A DNA stretch of 55,311 nucleotides from Prorocentrum cordatum. Taxonomy: Eukaryota. The position numbers and the translations under genes are program-made. A model generated the notes under the pieces. That model was not told the origin of the DNA and did no database searches. It saw only the letters and a program-made list of their open reading frames with translations. Positions 1 through 11,169 of this stretch are shown in pieces; the first letter of the stretch is position 1; each line of letters starts with the position of its first letter. The stretch spans positions 62,001-117,311 of the forward strand of contig CAUYUJ010000166.1 of NCBI GenBank assembly GCA_963575745.1, given 5' to 3'.

Positions 1-200
1 TAACCTTAACCTTGACGCGTGGGAGCCTCTGGGACCCTAAGGATGCGAGGGGCCCGTCGCCGAGGGTTTGGGGTTAATATAGAATGACAGGGTCGCCAAG
101 GGCGCTCGCCGACGCTAACCTTAACCTTGACGCGTGGGGTCCTCTAAAACCCTAAGGATGCGAGGGGCCCGTCGCCGAGGGTTTGGGGTTGATACAATAG
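1..200. repeat. Two-copy ~115-bp tandem repeat
   Basis: TAACCTTAACCTTGACGCGTGGG...CCCTAAGGATGCGAGGGGCCCGTCGCCGAGGGTTTGGGGTT occurs at 1 and again at 116. Confidence 0.85.
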
Positions 201-316
201 GAGGTTGACACCTCAGCTTCAGCGGCCCCATCAGCACCAGCGTCCGCTGACCGTGACGTCCGTGACCTTCAGCGTCACGCGCGTCAGCTCGCGCGCGCCA
301 AGCCAAGATGCGCGCG

Positions 317-440
317 GTTAAGGGTTTAGGGTAGGGTTTAGGGTTTAGGGTTAGGGTTAGGGTTAGGGTTAGGCTTTAGGGTTAGGGTTTAGGATTTAGG
401 GTTTAGGGTTTAGGGCTTAGGGTTTAGGGTTTAGGGTTTA
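317..440 (+). repeat. Interstitial telomeric tract (TTTAGGG/TTAGGG mix)
   Basis: Tandem GGGTTA/GGGTTTA units are directly visible. Confidence 0.95.
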
Positions 441-1552
441 ACAGGGCAAGGCCAAGAATACCTACCCGCATAGGCACCCACCTGCGGCGGCTATCAATCC
501 CCCCCGCATCTCCACCCCCACATAAAGATCATCTCTCCTCTCATGTTATACCCTAACGGGCGCGAATGCCGACCCAGCACACGCTCGCCAGCCGATCCGT
601 GTGGGCCGAAGCGTGTCCGACGAACCGTGTCTGCCAAGTGTCTACCGAACCGCGTCTGGCGAACCGTGTCATCCGAACCGTGTCAGCCACACAGTGTCAA
701 CCCGTCTCAGCCCAACCGTGTCACTGGCGCCGTGTCAGCCATGCCGTGTCAGACGCTCCGTCCCAACCACACCGTGTCATCAGAACCGACTCTGCAAAAC
801 CGTGTCAGCCGAACCGTATCAGCCGAACCGAACCGAACAGTATCAGCCAAACCATGTCAGACGAACACTCTCAGCCAAAGCGTGTCGACAGAACCGCGTC
901 AGCCGAAACGTGCCAACCGAACCGTGTCAACCGAAGCGCGTCCGCCGAACCGTGTCAACAGCGCAAGAAAGTAACCCTGAGAAGCACGCGATGAGAACTG
1001 CCACAGGATACACACTGGATGCATGCGACAAAGGCTCAGCCGCGCGCGTGTGCACTTTGTCGTTTTTTGGCAATGGAAAATGAACATGGACACATCTTGC
1101 AAGAGCAGGATGTTAAGGTTATAGTTTTTTTACAAGAGAAAGCTCCGGTACACTTCCACGCCCGCGACGCGCGCGTGCACTTTGTCGTATTTTTTGCAAT
1201 GGAATATGAACATGAACACATCTTGCAAGAGCAGGATGTTAAGATTATAGTATTTCTGACAACACAAAGCTCCGGTACACTTCCCGGTTCGCGACTGGGG
1301 TTGGGCAGAATGTATGGTAAAAAATATGGGATTCTGATAAATGAAATTCGCATGATCAGGATATAGTGTTTTTTGACAGGGATCAGCCTGGCCCGTTTAT
1401 AGACCCGGTCACGATCCATTGTAAAACACATCGTTTTCAGAGCACATAGAGAGCGCATGATCAGGAAATAATGTTTTTGCAAGGGATGGAGGCCGGACCG
1501 CATAGCGCCCGGTTTTGAAGGATTTAGGGTATAATAATAGTAGAGATTAGAG
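441..1552. mobile_element. Telomere-bounded element family A, copy 1 (core satellite AACCGTGTCAGCCG)
   Basis: The ~120-bp header ACAGGGCAAGGCCAAGAATACC...TATACCCTAACGGGCG and the AT-rich duplicated body/tail (GTGCACTTTGTCGT...TTGCAAGAGCAGGATG; CGCATGATCAGGA; GGGATGGAGGCCG..GCATAGCG.CCGG) are shared with the copies at 1630 and 7506. Mobility is inferred. Confidence 0.6.
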
Positions 1553-1629
1553 ATTTAGGGTCTAGGGTTTAGGGTTAGGGTTAGGGTTAGGGTTAGGGTT
1601 AGGGTTTAGGGTTTAGGGTTTAGGGTCTA
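1553..1629 (+). repeat. Interstitial telomeric tract
   Basis: (TTAGGG)n/(TTTAGGG)n. Confidence 0.95.
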
Positions 1630-2868
1630 ACAGGGCAAGGCCAAGAATACCTACCTGCATAGGCACCCACCTGCGGTGGCTATCAATCCCCCCCGCATCT
1701 CCACCCCCACATAAAGATCATCTCTCCTCTCATGTTATACCCTAGCGGGCGGGTCGTGCGGGCGGGACCCTAACGGGCGGGTCGGGTCGGGTCGGGCGGG
1801 CCCTAGCGGGCGGGTCGGGTCGGGCGGGCGGGACATTAAAGTATGGTGCGTGTGCACTTGACACGCGTGAACCCTAACGGGCGGGTCGGGTCGGGCGGGC
1901 GGACCCTAGCGGGTCGGGTCGGGTCGGGCGGGCCCTAGCGGGCGGGTCGGGTCGGGCGGGCGGGACATTAGAGCATGGTGCGTGTGCGCTTGACACGCGT
2001 GAACCCTGACGGGCGGGTCGGGTCGGGTCGGGCGGGCGGGCCCTAACGGGCGGGTCGGGTCGGGTCGGGCGGACCCTAACGGGCGGGTCGGGTCGGGCGG
2101 GCGGAACATTAAAGTATGGTGCGTGTACACTTGACGCACGTGAACCGTAACAAGCGGGTCGGTTCGGGTCGGGCGGACTCTAGGGTTCGCCCGACCTCAA
2201 CGTGCTGTGCTATGCAACGCCTCTCGTATGCTATGCCAGCATATCATAGATTAGCACAAAGGCGAGTTCCACAACATCTGGATAACCGCAGCCTCTAGCG
2301 TGGCTGTCGCATAGCACCAGTGCTGAAAAAAAACATTGAAATTTCCAATGGAGTTGGCCATGATCGCGCGGCCGCCGCGCGCTTGTGCACTTTGTCGTAT
2401 TTTTTGCAATGGAATATTACCATGCGCACATCTTGCAAGAGCAGAATCTTCAGTTTATAGTATTTTTTACAATACAAAACTCCGGTACGCATACGGGGCC
2501 GCCGCGCGCGTGTGCACTTTGTCGTATTTGTTGCAATGGATTATGACAGTGGCTACATTTTGCAAGAGCAGGATGTTGAGTTTATAGTATTTTTTCAAAT
2601 ATAAAACTCCGGTTTACATACCCGGCCGCAACCCGGGTCGGGCACTTTGTATTGTAAAAAATATGGTTTTCTGATCGCATGATCCGGATATAGTATTTTT
2701 TGCAAGGGATGAGCCCGGGTCGCGACCGGGGCCGGGCAGAATGTGTTGTAAACAATAAGGTTTTCTGATCGCATGATCAGGAATTATTTTTTTGCAAGGG
2801 ATGGAGGCCGACTTGCATAGCGGCCGGTTTGGAAGGATTTAGGGTTTAATAATTATAGAGATTAGAGA
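1630..2868. mobile_element. Telomere-bounded element family A, copy 2 (core CCCTAACGGGCGGGTCGGGTC)
   Basis: Same header and tail as copy 1; nearly colinear with 7506-8658 along its whole length. Confidence 0.65.
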
Positions 2869-2896
2869 TTTAGGGTTTAGGGTTTAGGGTCTAGGG

Positions 2897-3306
2897 CCTC
2901 GCTGGGCGGAAGCAGCTCGACCCCCCCTCCTTCAAGAGGGCGGGGGGGTCGGCTGCCATTCGTTCCCGTTCCCACCCCCCGCCCAAAAGTACCTCTTTAG
3001 GGTTTAGGGTTCTTCTACCCCCCTCTTTCCCCCCTTCTCATGGGGGGAAGGTCTTTCTGGCGGATCATCTTCGGGCGTCATCCATCTGTCAATATACCCC
3101 CCTTCGCCCCCCTTCGCATGGGGGGATTAACTTTCTATTTCTCGGAGCCGCATCTTGCTCGCAGGGTGATCTCTTGGTTTGCATTTCGAATTTCCGAGCA
3201 GCGCCTGGGAGCGCCTGGGAGCGCTTGGGAGCGCTTGGGACCGCTTGGGAACGCCTGGGGAGCGCTTGGGAGCGCCTGGGAGGGCTTAGGAAAGGAAGCG
3301 CATGGA

Positions 3307-3361
<55 letters not shown>

Positions 3362-4357
3362 CGAGGAGCGCCTGGGAACGCTTGGGAGCGCCTGGGAGCG
3401 CTTGGCAGCGCCTGGCAGCGCTTGGCAGCGCCTGGGAGCACCTGGGAACGCTTGGGAGCGCCTGGGAGCGCCTGCGACCGCGTGGGAGCGCTTGGGAGCG
3501 CTTAGGAGCGCTGGGAAGCGCTTGGGAGCGCTCGGGAACGCCTGGGAGCGCTTGGGAGCGCCGGGGAACGCACCCGGGCGCCAGGGAGCGCCCCGGAGCG
3601 CCTGGGAGCGCTTGGGAGCGCCTGGGAGCGCCGGCGCGGAGGGGGAGCGCGAGGGGGCGGGCTTGGCGCTTGGCGCCCCCTCGCAACTGCCAAGTGCTCC
3701 CAGGCGCTCGCAAGCATGGGAGCGCTTCGGAGCGCTTGGCAGCGCTTGGGAGCGCCTGGGAGCGCTTACGAGCGCTTGGGAGCGCTTGAGAACGCTTGGG
3801 TGCGCTTGGGATCGCCTGGGAGCCCCTAGGGGCGCGTGTGAGCGCCTGGGAGCGCCTGGGAGCGCGCTTGGCAGCGCTTGGGAGCGCATGGGAGCGCTTG
3901 GGAGCGCCTGGGAGCGCTTGGGAGCGCTTGGGAGCGCTCGGGGAGCGCTTGGGAGCGCGTGGGAGCGCCTGGGAGCGCTTGGGAGCGCGCTTGGCAGCGC
4001 TTGGGAGCGCATGGGAGCGCTTGGGAGCGCCTGGGAGCGCTTGGGAGCGCTTGGGAGCGCTCGGGGAGCGCTTGGGAGCGCCTGGGACCGCCTGGACCGC
4101 CTGGGACCGCCTGGGACCGCCTGGGAGCGCCTGGGAGCGCTCTCGGGCGCCGGGGAGCGCTCCGGGGCGCTTGGGAGCGCTTGGGAGCGCGCTTGGCAGC
4201 GCTTGGGAGCGCCGGGAAGCGCCCCCGGGCGCCGGGGAGCGCTCCGGAGCGCTCGGGAGCGCCTGGGAGCGCTTGGGAGCGCCTGGGAGCGCCTGGGAAC
4301 GCTTGGGAGCGCCTGGGAGCGCCGAGTAGCGCTTGGGAGCGCTTGGCAGCGCTTGAA

Positions 4358-4401
<44 letters not shown>

Positions 4402-5503
4402 ACTGGGAGCGCTTGGGAGCGCCTGGGGGCGCCTGGGAGCGCTTGGGAGCGCCTGGGGGCGCTTGGGAGTTCTTCTACCCCCCTCTCTCCCCCCTTCACA
4501 TGGGGGGGAGGTCTCTGGCGGATCATCTTCGGGCGTCATCCATCTGTCAATCTACCCCCCTTCGCCCCCCCTTCGCATGGGGGGATTCACTTTCTACTTC
4601 TCGGAGCCGCATCTTGCTCGCAGGGGGATCTCTTGGTTTGCATTTCGAATTTCCGAGCAGCGCGGAAAGGAAACGCTTGGAAGCGTTTGGGAGCGCGTGG
4701 GAGCGCCTGGGAGCGCCTGGGAGAAGGAGCGCCTTGGAACGCTTGGGAGCGCTTGGGGGCGCTTGGGAGCGCTTGGCAGCGCCTGGGGGCGCTGGAAAGC
4801 GCTTGGCAACGCCCAGGAGCGCCTGGGAACGCTTGGGAGCGCGTGGGAGCGCTTGCGACCGCGTGGGGGCGCCTGGGGCGCTTGGGAGCGCCTGGAATGC
4901 TTGGGAGCGCTTGAGAGCGCCGGGGAACGCCCCCGGGCGCCAGGGAGCGCCCCGGAGCGCCTGGGAGCGCTTGGGAGCGCCGGCGCGAAAGGGGGAGCGC
5001 GAGGGGGCGGGCTTGGCGCCCCCTCGCAACTGCCAAGTGCTCCCAGGCGCTCGCAAGCATGGGAGCGCTTGGCAGCGCTTGGGAGCGCCTGGGAGCGCTT
5101 AGGAGCGCCTGGGAGCGCTTGAGAACGCTTGGGTGCGCTTGGGATCGCCTGGGAGCGCCTAGGGGCGCGTGGGAGCGCCTTGGAGCGCCTGGGGGCGCGC
5201 TTGGCAGCGCTTGGGAGCGCATGGGAGCGCTTGGGAGCGCCTGGGAGCGCTTGGGGAGCGCTTGGGAGCGCTCGGGGAGCGCTTGGGAGCGCCTGGGACC
5301 GCCTGGACCGCCTGGGACCGCCTGGGACCGCCTGGGAGCGCATGGGAGCGCCTTCGGGCGCCGGGGAGCGCTCCGGGGCGCTTGGGAACGCTTGGGAGCG
5401 CCTGGGGGCGCTTGGCAGCGCCGGGGAACGCCCCCGGGCTTGGGAACGCTTGGGAGCGCCTGGGAGCGCCGAGTAGCGCCTGGGAGCGCTTGGCAGCGCT
5501 TGA

Positions 5504-5548
<45 letters not shown>

Positions 5549-5827
5549 ACTGGGAGCTTTTGGGAGCGCCTGGAAGCGCCTGGGAGCGCTTGGGAGCGCC
5601 TGGGAGCGCTTGGGAGCGCCTGGGAGCGCCCCCAGGTGAGGTTTATCCTTCCAGGGGCCAACAAGGGGCCGCCCGAGCACAGGAGCGTAGGGTTCAGGGT
5701 TCTCTCTGAGGCAGAAGCTCAGCGCGTGCGCCGGCCCGATAACGATCTGGGCGCTCGACTATCGCTCGCTTTCAGAGCGGACAAGGTTCGACATCGGTGC
5801 GCGACCCTTCGAGGGGTCGCGCTTCAG
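2897..5827. mobile_element. Telomere-bounded element family B, copy 1 (10-bp GGGAGCGCYT satellite core, internal ~1.46-kb duplication)
   Basis: 5' hairpin module, then TTTAGGG, then a CTACCCCCC header (repeated at ~3012 and ~4470), long (GGGAGCGCCT/T)n arrays, and a 3' tail homologous to 7400-7494. Confidence 0.55.
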
Positions 5828-6152
5828 TTTAGGGTTAGTGTTAGGGTTAGGGTTAGGGTTGGGGGTTAGGGTTGGGGGTTAGGGTTAGGGTTAGGGTTAG
5901 GGTTAAGGGTTAAGGGTCAAGGGTTAAGGAATAAGGGTTCGGGTTAAGGGTTAGGGGTTAGGGGTTAGGGGTTAGGGTTAGGGTTAGGGTTAGGGTTAGG
6001 GTTAAGGGTTAAGGGTTAAGGGTTAGGGTTAGGGTTAAGGGTTAGGGTTAGGGTTAGGGTTAGGGTTAGGTCTAGGGTTAGGGTTAGGGTTCGGGTTTAG
6101 GGTTAGGGTTTAGGGTTAGGGTTTAGGGTTTAGGGTTTAGGGTTTAGGGTTT
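5828..6152 (+). repeat. Interstitial telomeric tract (TTAGGG, TTAAGGG, TTAGGGG, TTTAGGG variants)
   Basis: Tandem telomere-type units are directly visible. Confidence 0.95.
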
Positions 6153-7494
6153 CTGCGCTGAACCATCCTACCCCCCCCTCCTCAGGAGGTAGGGGGGGAT
6201 GGATGGATGCGTTCTGTCCCACCCCATCCACCCAGAGTCATTGCTTTTAGGGTTTAGGGATCTACCCCCCACGCTCCCCCCTATCAAGGGGGGAAGGAGT
6301 GCTGGCGCCAGCCTGAGTGAGTGATGTGCGTCCCAGAAACAGATACGTCAGCATTAGCGCGATTCGAGAGTCGTCCTTCGCGAAAGTTACGCGCTCACGG
6401 GCTCACGCGCTCACGTGCTCACGACCCTCACGGGCTCACGCGCTCCCGGGCTGCCGGACTCCCCGGCTCCCGGGCTCCCGGGCTCACGGACTCACGGACT
6501 CGCGGGCTCACGGGCTCACGGGCTCACGGGCTCACGGGCTCACGGGCTCCCGGGCTCACGGGCGCCCGGGCTCAAGGACTCACGGACTCACGGGCTGGCG
6601 GGCTCACGGGCTCACGTGCTCGCGGGCTCGCGCGCTCACGGGCTCACGACCCTCAGGGGCTCACGCGCTTCCGGGCTTCCGGGTTCCCGAGTCCCGGGAT
6701 CGAGTTTGGAATCTCGAATTTGCACTCTGGGAACGCGTCTGCGAACGCGTGAAAACCTCTCACGCACGGCCTGGAAAGGAGTCTTGGGGATCTGGTGGGT
6801 TCACCACCGTGGGAACGATGCTCTGGGAGCTCTGAGCGCGCGAGCGCCGAGAGAACCCTCTGGCTAGTGCTTCGGGCCGCGCACGAGGCGCCAGAGACTT
6901 CTCCGGGGAGTGCTTCGGGCCGCGCACGAGGCCCCCGAGGATGCTCTGGGGAGAGCTCTGGGGGGTAGCTCTGGGGGGGAGCTCTGGGGGAGCGCTCTGG
7001 GGGAGCGCTCTGGGGGGGAGCTCTCTGGGAGTGAGAGCTCTGGGGGAGAGCTCGGGGGAGAGCTCTGGGGGAGAGCTCTGGGGGGAGCTCTAGGGAGAGC
7101 TCTGGGGGAGGGAGCTCTGGAGAGAGCTCTGGGAGAGAGCCTCTGGGGGAGAGCTCTGGGGGAGAGCTCTGGGGGAGAGCTCTGGGGGAGAGCTCTGGGG
7201 GGAGGGAGCTCTGGGGGAGAGCTCTGGGGGAGAGCTCTGGGGGGGAGCTCTGGGGGGGAGCTCTGGGGGGGAGCTCTGGGGGAATGCTCTGGGGGGAAGC
7301 TCTGGAGAGCTCTGGGCGAAAAGCCGAGCGGTATTTCCGAGCATCCGGCCGAGGGTTAGGGGTTATTATTTTGCAAGCGAAGCACCGCCTCGGGCCGGCA
7401 GGCCTGTGGTCGCGGTGAGCTCGACTTGCAGCTCGCTCTCACTAGCAGATCCTTACAGGCGCGGCGGTGCGCGCCCCCAGGTCCGCGCCTGCAG
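6153..7494. mobile_element. Telomere-bounded element family B, copy 2 (GGGCTCAC and GAGCTCTGGGG satellite cores)
   Basis: Same hairpin-TTTAGGG-CTACCCCCC 5' architecture and GCTCGACT..GCTCGCT.TCA...CGGTGCGCG...CAG|TTTAGGG 3' end as 2897-5827. Confidence 0.5.
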
Positions 7495-7505
7495 TTTAGG
7501 GTCTA

Positions 7506-8658
7506 ACAGGGCAAGGCCAATAATACCTACCTGCATAGGCACCCACCTGCGGTGGCTATCAATCCCCCCCGCATCTCCACCCCCACATAAAGATCATCTC
7601 TCCTACTCATGTTATACCCTAACGGGCGGGTCGGGCGGGCGGGGCCCTAACGAGCGGTCGGGCGGGCGGGGCCCTAACGGGCGGGTCGGGCGGGCCGGGG
7701 CCCTAGCGGCGGGTCGGGTCCGGGACGGGCGGACCCTAACGGGCGGGTCGGGTCGGGTCGGGCGGACCCTAGCGGGCGGGTCGGGTCGGGCGGGCGGGAC
7801 ATTAAAGTATGGTGCGTGTGCACTTGACACGCGTGAACCCTGACGGGCGGGTCGGGTCGGGTCGGGTGGGCGGACCCTAACGGGCGGGTCGGGTCGGGTC
7901 GGGCGGACCCTAACGGGCGGGTCGGGTCGGGCGGGCGGGACATTAAAGTATGGTGCATGTACACTTGACACGCGTGAACCCTAGTAAGCGGGTCGGTTCG
8001 GGTCGGGCGGACTCTAGGGTTCGCCCGAGCTCAACGTGCTTTGCTATGCAGCGCCTCTCGTATGCTATGCCAGCATAACATAGATTAGCACAAAGGCGAG
8101 TTCCACAGCATCTGGATAACCGCAGCCTCTAGCGTGGCTGTCGCATCGCACCAGTGCTGAAAAACATTGAAATTTCCAAAGGAGTTGGCCATGATCGCGC
8201 GGCCGCCGCGCGCTTGTGCACTTTGTCGTATTTTTTTGCAATGGAATATTAACATGCACACATCTTGCAAGAGCAGAATCTTCAGTTTATATTTTTTTTA
8301 CTATATAAAACTCCGGTACGCATACGGGGCCGCCGCGCGCGTGTGCACTTTGTCGTTTTTTTTTGCAATGGAATATGACAATTGCAGCATTTTGCAAGAG
8401 CAGGATGTTGAGTTTATAATATTATTTCCAATTTAACTCCGGTTTACATACCCGGCCGCAGCCCGGGTCGGGCACTTTGTATTGTAAAACATAGGGTTTT
8501 CTGATCGCATGATCAGGATATAGTGTTTTTTGCAATGGATGAGCCTGGGTCGCGACCGGGGCCGGGCAGAATGTATAGTAAAAAATAGCGCTTTTTGATC
8601 GCATGATCAGGAAATATTTTTTGTGCAAGGGATGGAGGCCGGGTTGCATAGCGGCCGG
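7506..8658. mobile_element. Telomere-bounded element family A, copy 3
   Basis: Close paralog of 1630-2830; its tail runs directly into the telomeric tract. Confidence 0.65.
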
Positions 8659-9145
8659 TCTAGGGGTTAGGGGTTAGGGTTAGGGTTAGGGTTAGGGTTA
8701 GGGTTAGGGTTTAGGATTTAGGATTTAGGGTTTAGGGTTAGGGTTTGGGTTAGGGTTAGGGTTTGGGTTAGGGTTTGGGTTGAGGGTTAAGGGTTAAGGG
8801 TTTGGGTTAAGGGTTTGGGTTAAGGGTTAGGGTTAGGGTTTGGGTTAGGGTTACGGTTTGGGTTCGGGTTAGGGTTAGGGTTTGGGTTAGGGTTAGGGTT
8901 AGGGTTAGGGTTAGGGTTAGGGTTTAGGGTTTAGGGTCTAGGGTTCGGGGTTTAGGGTTCGGGGTTTGGGTTAGGGGTCGGGCTTCGGCTTAGAGCTCGG
9001 GTTGGATTCAGGGGTAGGGTTTAGAGTTAGCATTAAGAGTCACAGTTTGGGTGGGGGTTTGGGTTTGGGGTTAGGGTTCGGTCGCGGGTTTAGAGTTAGC
9101 GTTGAGGGTTCGGGTTAGGGTTGGGGTTAAGGTTCGGGTTAAGGT
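8659..9145 (+). repeat. Interstitial telomeric tract degenerating to the right
   Basis: TTAGGG grading into TTTGGG, TTAAGGG, TTCGGG and TTGGGG variants. Confidence 0.9.
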
Positions 9146-9174
9146 TCTTCGAGGTCTGGGGTCTGGGGCGAGCT

Positions 9175-9780
9175 CCGGGTTGTAAAAAACATAAAAGATT
9201 GTAAGAAAACATTTTTTTTTTTTTTTTTTTTTTGGGGTACGAGGGCTTCCAGGCCCCCAAAAAATAAGATATTGTAAGAACAAATAAAACATTGTAAAAA
9301 CAAATAAAAGATTGTAGAAGACAATAAAACATTGTAAGACAAAATAAAAATCCCCCAAAACAATAAAAGGTTGTAAGAAACAAATAGCCTATTTTTTTAC
9401 CGGGCCCTCCGGGTTGTAAACACAAATAACGGATTGTAAAAACAATAAAACATATTTTTATTTGTTGTAAAGATCTTTTTTTTTTAGGGTCTCCCGGGGG
9501 GGGTCCGCTCTGCAGGGGGGCGGGGCTGCACAGGGGGGGGGTCCGCTCTGCAGTGGAGGGGGGGGGGGGGGGCTGGGGATCCGCTGCAGGGGTGGGTGGG
9601 TGCACGCTCTGCAGGGGGAGGGGTGCAGGAGGGGGGGCTCTGCAGGGGGGGGGTGCAGGGGGGGGGGGGCTGCAGGGGGGGGGGTCCGCTCTGCAGGGGG
9701 GTGGGGGGCTGGGCTGCAGGAGGGGGGGGGGGTGGGCGCTCTGCAGGGGGGGGGGTCCGCTCTGGAGGGGGGGGGTGGAA
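9175..9780. repeat. AT-rich ~20-bp repeat (TTGTAA.AACAAATAAAA) followed by G-rich CTGCAGGGGGG repeat
   Basis: Visible tandem units at ~9180-9470 and ~9500-9780. Confidence 0.85.
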
Positions 9781-9899
9781 ATTGAAAGCACTGAATTAGT
9801 CGGAGATAGGTCGGAAATGAGGTCCCCCCCCCCGCAGAGCGAAGCTTGAGCGAGCTCAAGCCCACGCTCTCAGAAACTCACACGCCGGATCGGCGGATA

Positions 9900-10832
9900 C
9901 TAAGACAGTATGACACTATACTAAGGTTAGTGTGGTGTCATAGTGTAGAGTCGAGAGCCCTCGCGTGCGACACTACAATATGACACTACACTAGGGTTAG
10001 TGTGGTGTCATAATGTTGTGTCGAGAACCCTTGCGTGTGACACTACAGTGTGACACTACAGTAAGGTTAGTGTGGTGTCATCGTGTGGTGTCGAGAACCC
10101 TTGCGTGTATCACTACAGTATGACACTACACTGAGGTTACTGTGGTGTAATCGTATAGTGTTGGGGACACCGGGGTGCGACACTACACTATGACACTACA
10201 CTACGGCCGAGGAGGGGGGCAGAGTTTTTCCGCTCCGCGATAGGGTGCTCTACGCTACGGTTATTGTGGTGTCATCGTATAGTGTTGGGGACACCGGGGT
10301 GCGACACTACACTATGACACTACACTACGGCTGAGGAGATGGGCTGAGTGTTTCCTGTCTGCTGTTCCGTAAGGTTTTTGAATGGCTCCGTTCCGCGAGA
10401 AAGGTCTCTACGCTACAGCTACTGTGGTGTCATAGTATAGTGTTGGGGACACTGGGGTGCGACACTACACTATGACACTACACTACGGCTGAGGAGAGGG
10501 GCTGCGTTTTTTTTGCCTGCTGTTCCGTAGGGCTTTTCATTGGCTCCGCTCCGCGAGAGAGAACTCTACGCTACGGTTACATACTGTGGTGTCATAGTAT
10601 AGTGTTGGGGACAACGGGGTGCGACACTACACTGTGACACTACACTACCGCTGAGGAGGGGGGGGCAGAAGAGTTTGTTTTACGCTTGCTGTTCCTTAGG
10701 GTTTAGCTTGGCTCGGCTCCGCGAGAGAATGCTCTACGCTACGGTTCGTGTGATGTCATAGTGTAGTGTTGGGGGCACCTGGGTGCGACACTGCACTATG
10801 ACACTACACTACGGCTGACACTACACTACGGC
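9900..10832. repeat. Palindromic 70-bp minisatellite with expanded ~124-163-bp later units
   Basis: TGACACT recurs at 9911, 9981, 10051, 10121 and 10191 (period 70), then at ~10315, 10473, 10636 and 10799. The arms GACACTACACTATGACACTACACT / AGTGTGGTGTCATAGTGTAGTGTC are inverted repeats. Confidence 0.9.
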
Positions 10833-10848
10833 TGAGGCTGAGGCGGCT

Positions 10849-11038
10849 GAGGAGGAGGAGGAGGAGGAGGAAGAGGAGGAGGAGGAGGAGGAGGAGAGAG
10901 GAGAGAGGAGGAGGAGGAGGAGGAGGAGGAGGAGGAGGGAGGAGGAGGAGGGAGGAGGAGGAGGAGGAGGAGGAGGAGGAGGAGGAGGAGGAGGAGGAGG
11001 AAGGAGGAGGAGGAGGAGGAGGAGGAGGAGGAGGAGGA
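10849..11038. repeat. (GAG)n microsatellite
   Basis: Near-pure GAG run. Confidence 0.95.
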
Positions 11039-11169
11039 TCACGATAATGAAAAGGATACTGTGCATATAACGGGGGACGGGGTCCGGGGGCCGGGGGCCA
11101 GGACCACGACCACAAATGTGGGGCCAGGGCGTCGTTTTCCTTGTGTTTTTTTCGCGGGGTTTCGGCGAC

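Noticed and set aside
441..560. Telomerase RNA gene
   Set aside because: Only a 7-8-nt CCCTAAC match, present in multiple copies inside a repeat, with no recognisable pseudoknot.
3040..5709. Long overlapping ORFs (GSAWERL/PSAPRRSQAL repeats)
   Set aside because: These are translations of the stop-free 10-bp GGGAGCGCYT satellite, open in most frames on both strands.
9900..10832. CRISPR array
   Set aside because: The repeats are ~70 bp, the spacers are homologous to one another, no cas genes are present and the context is eukaryotic.
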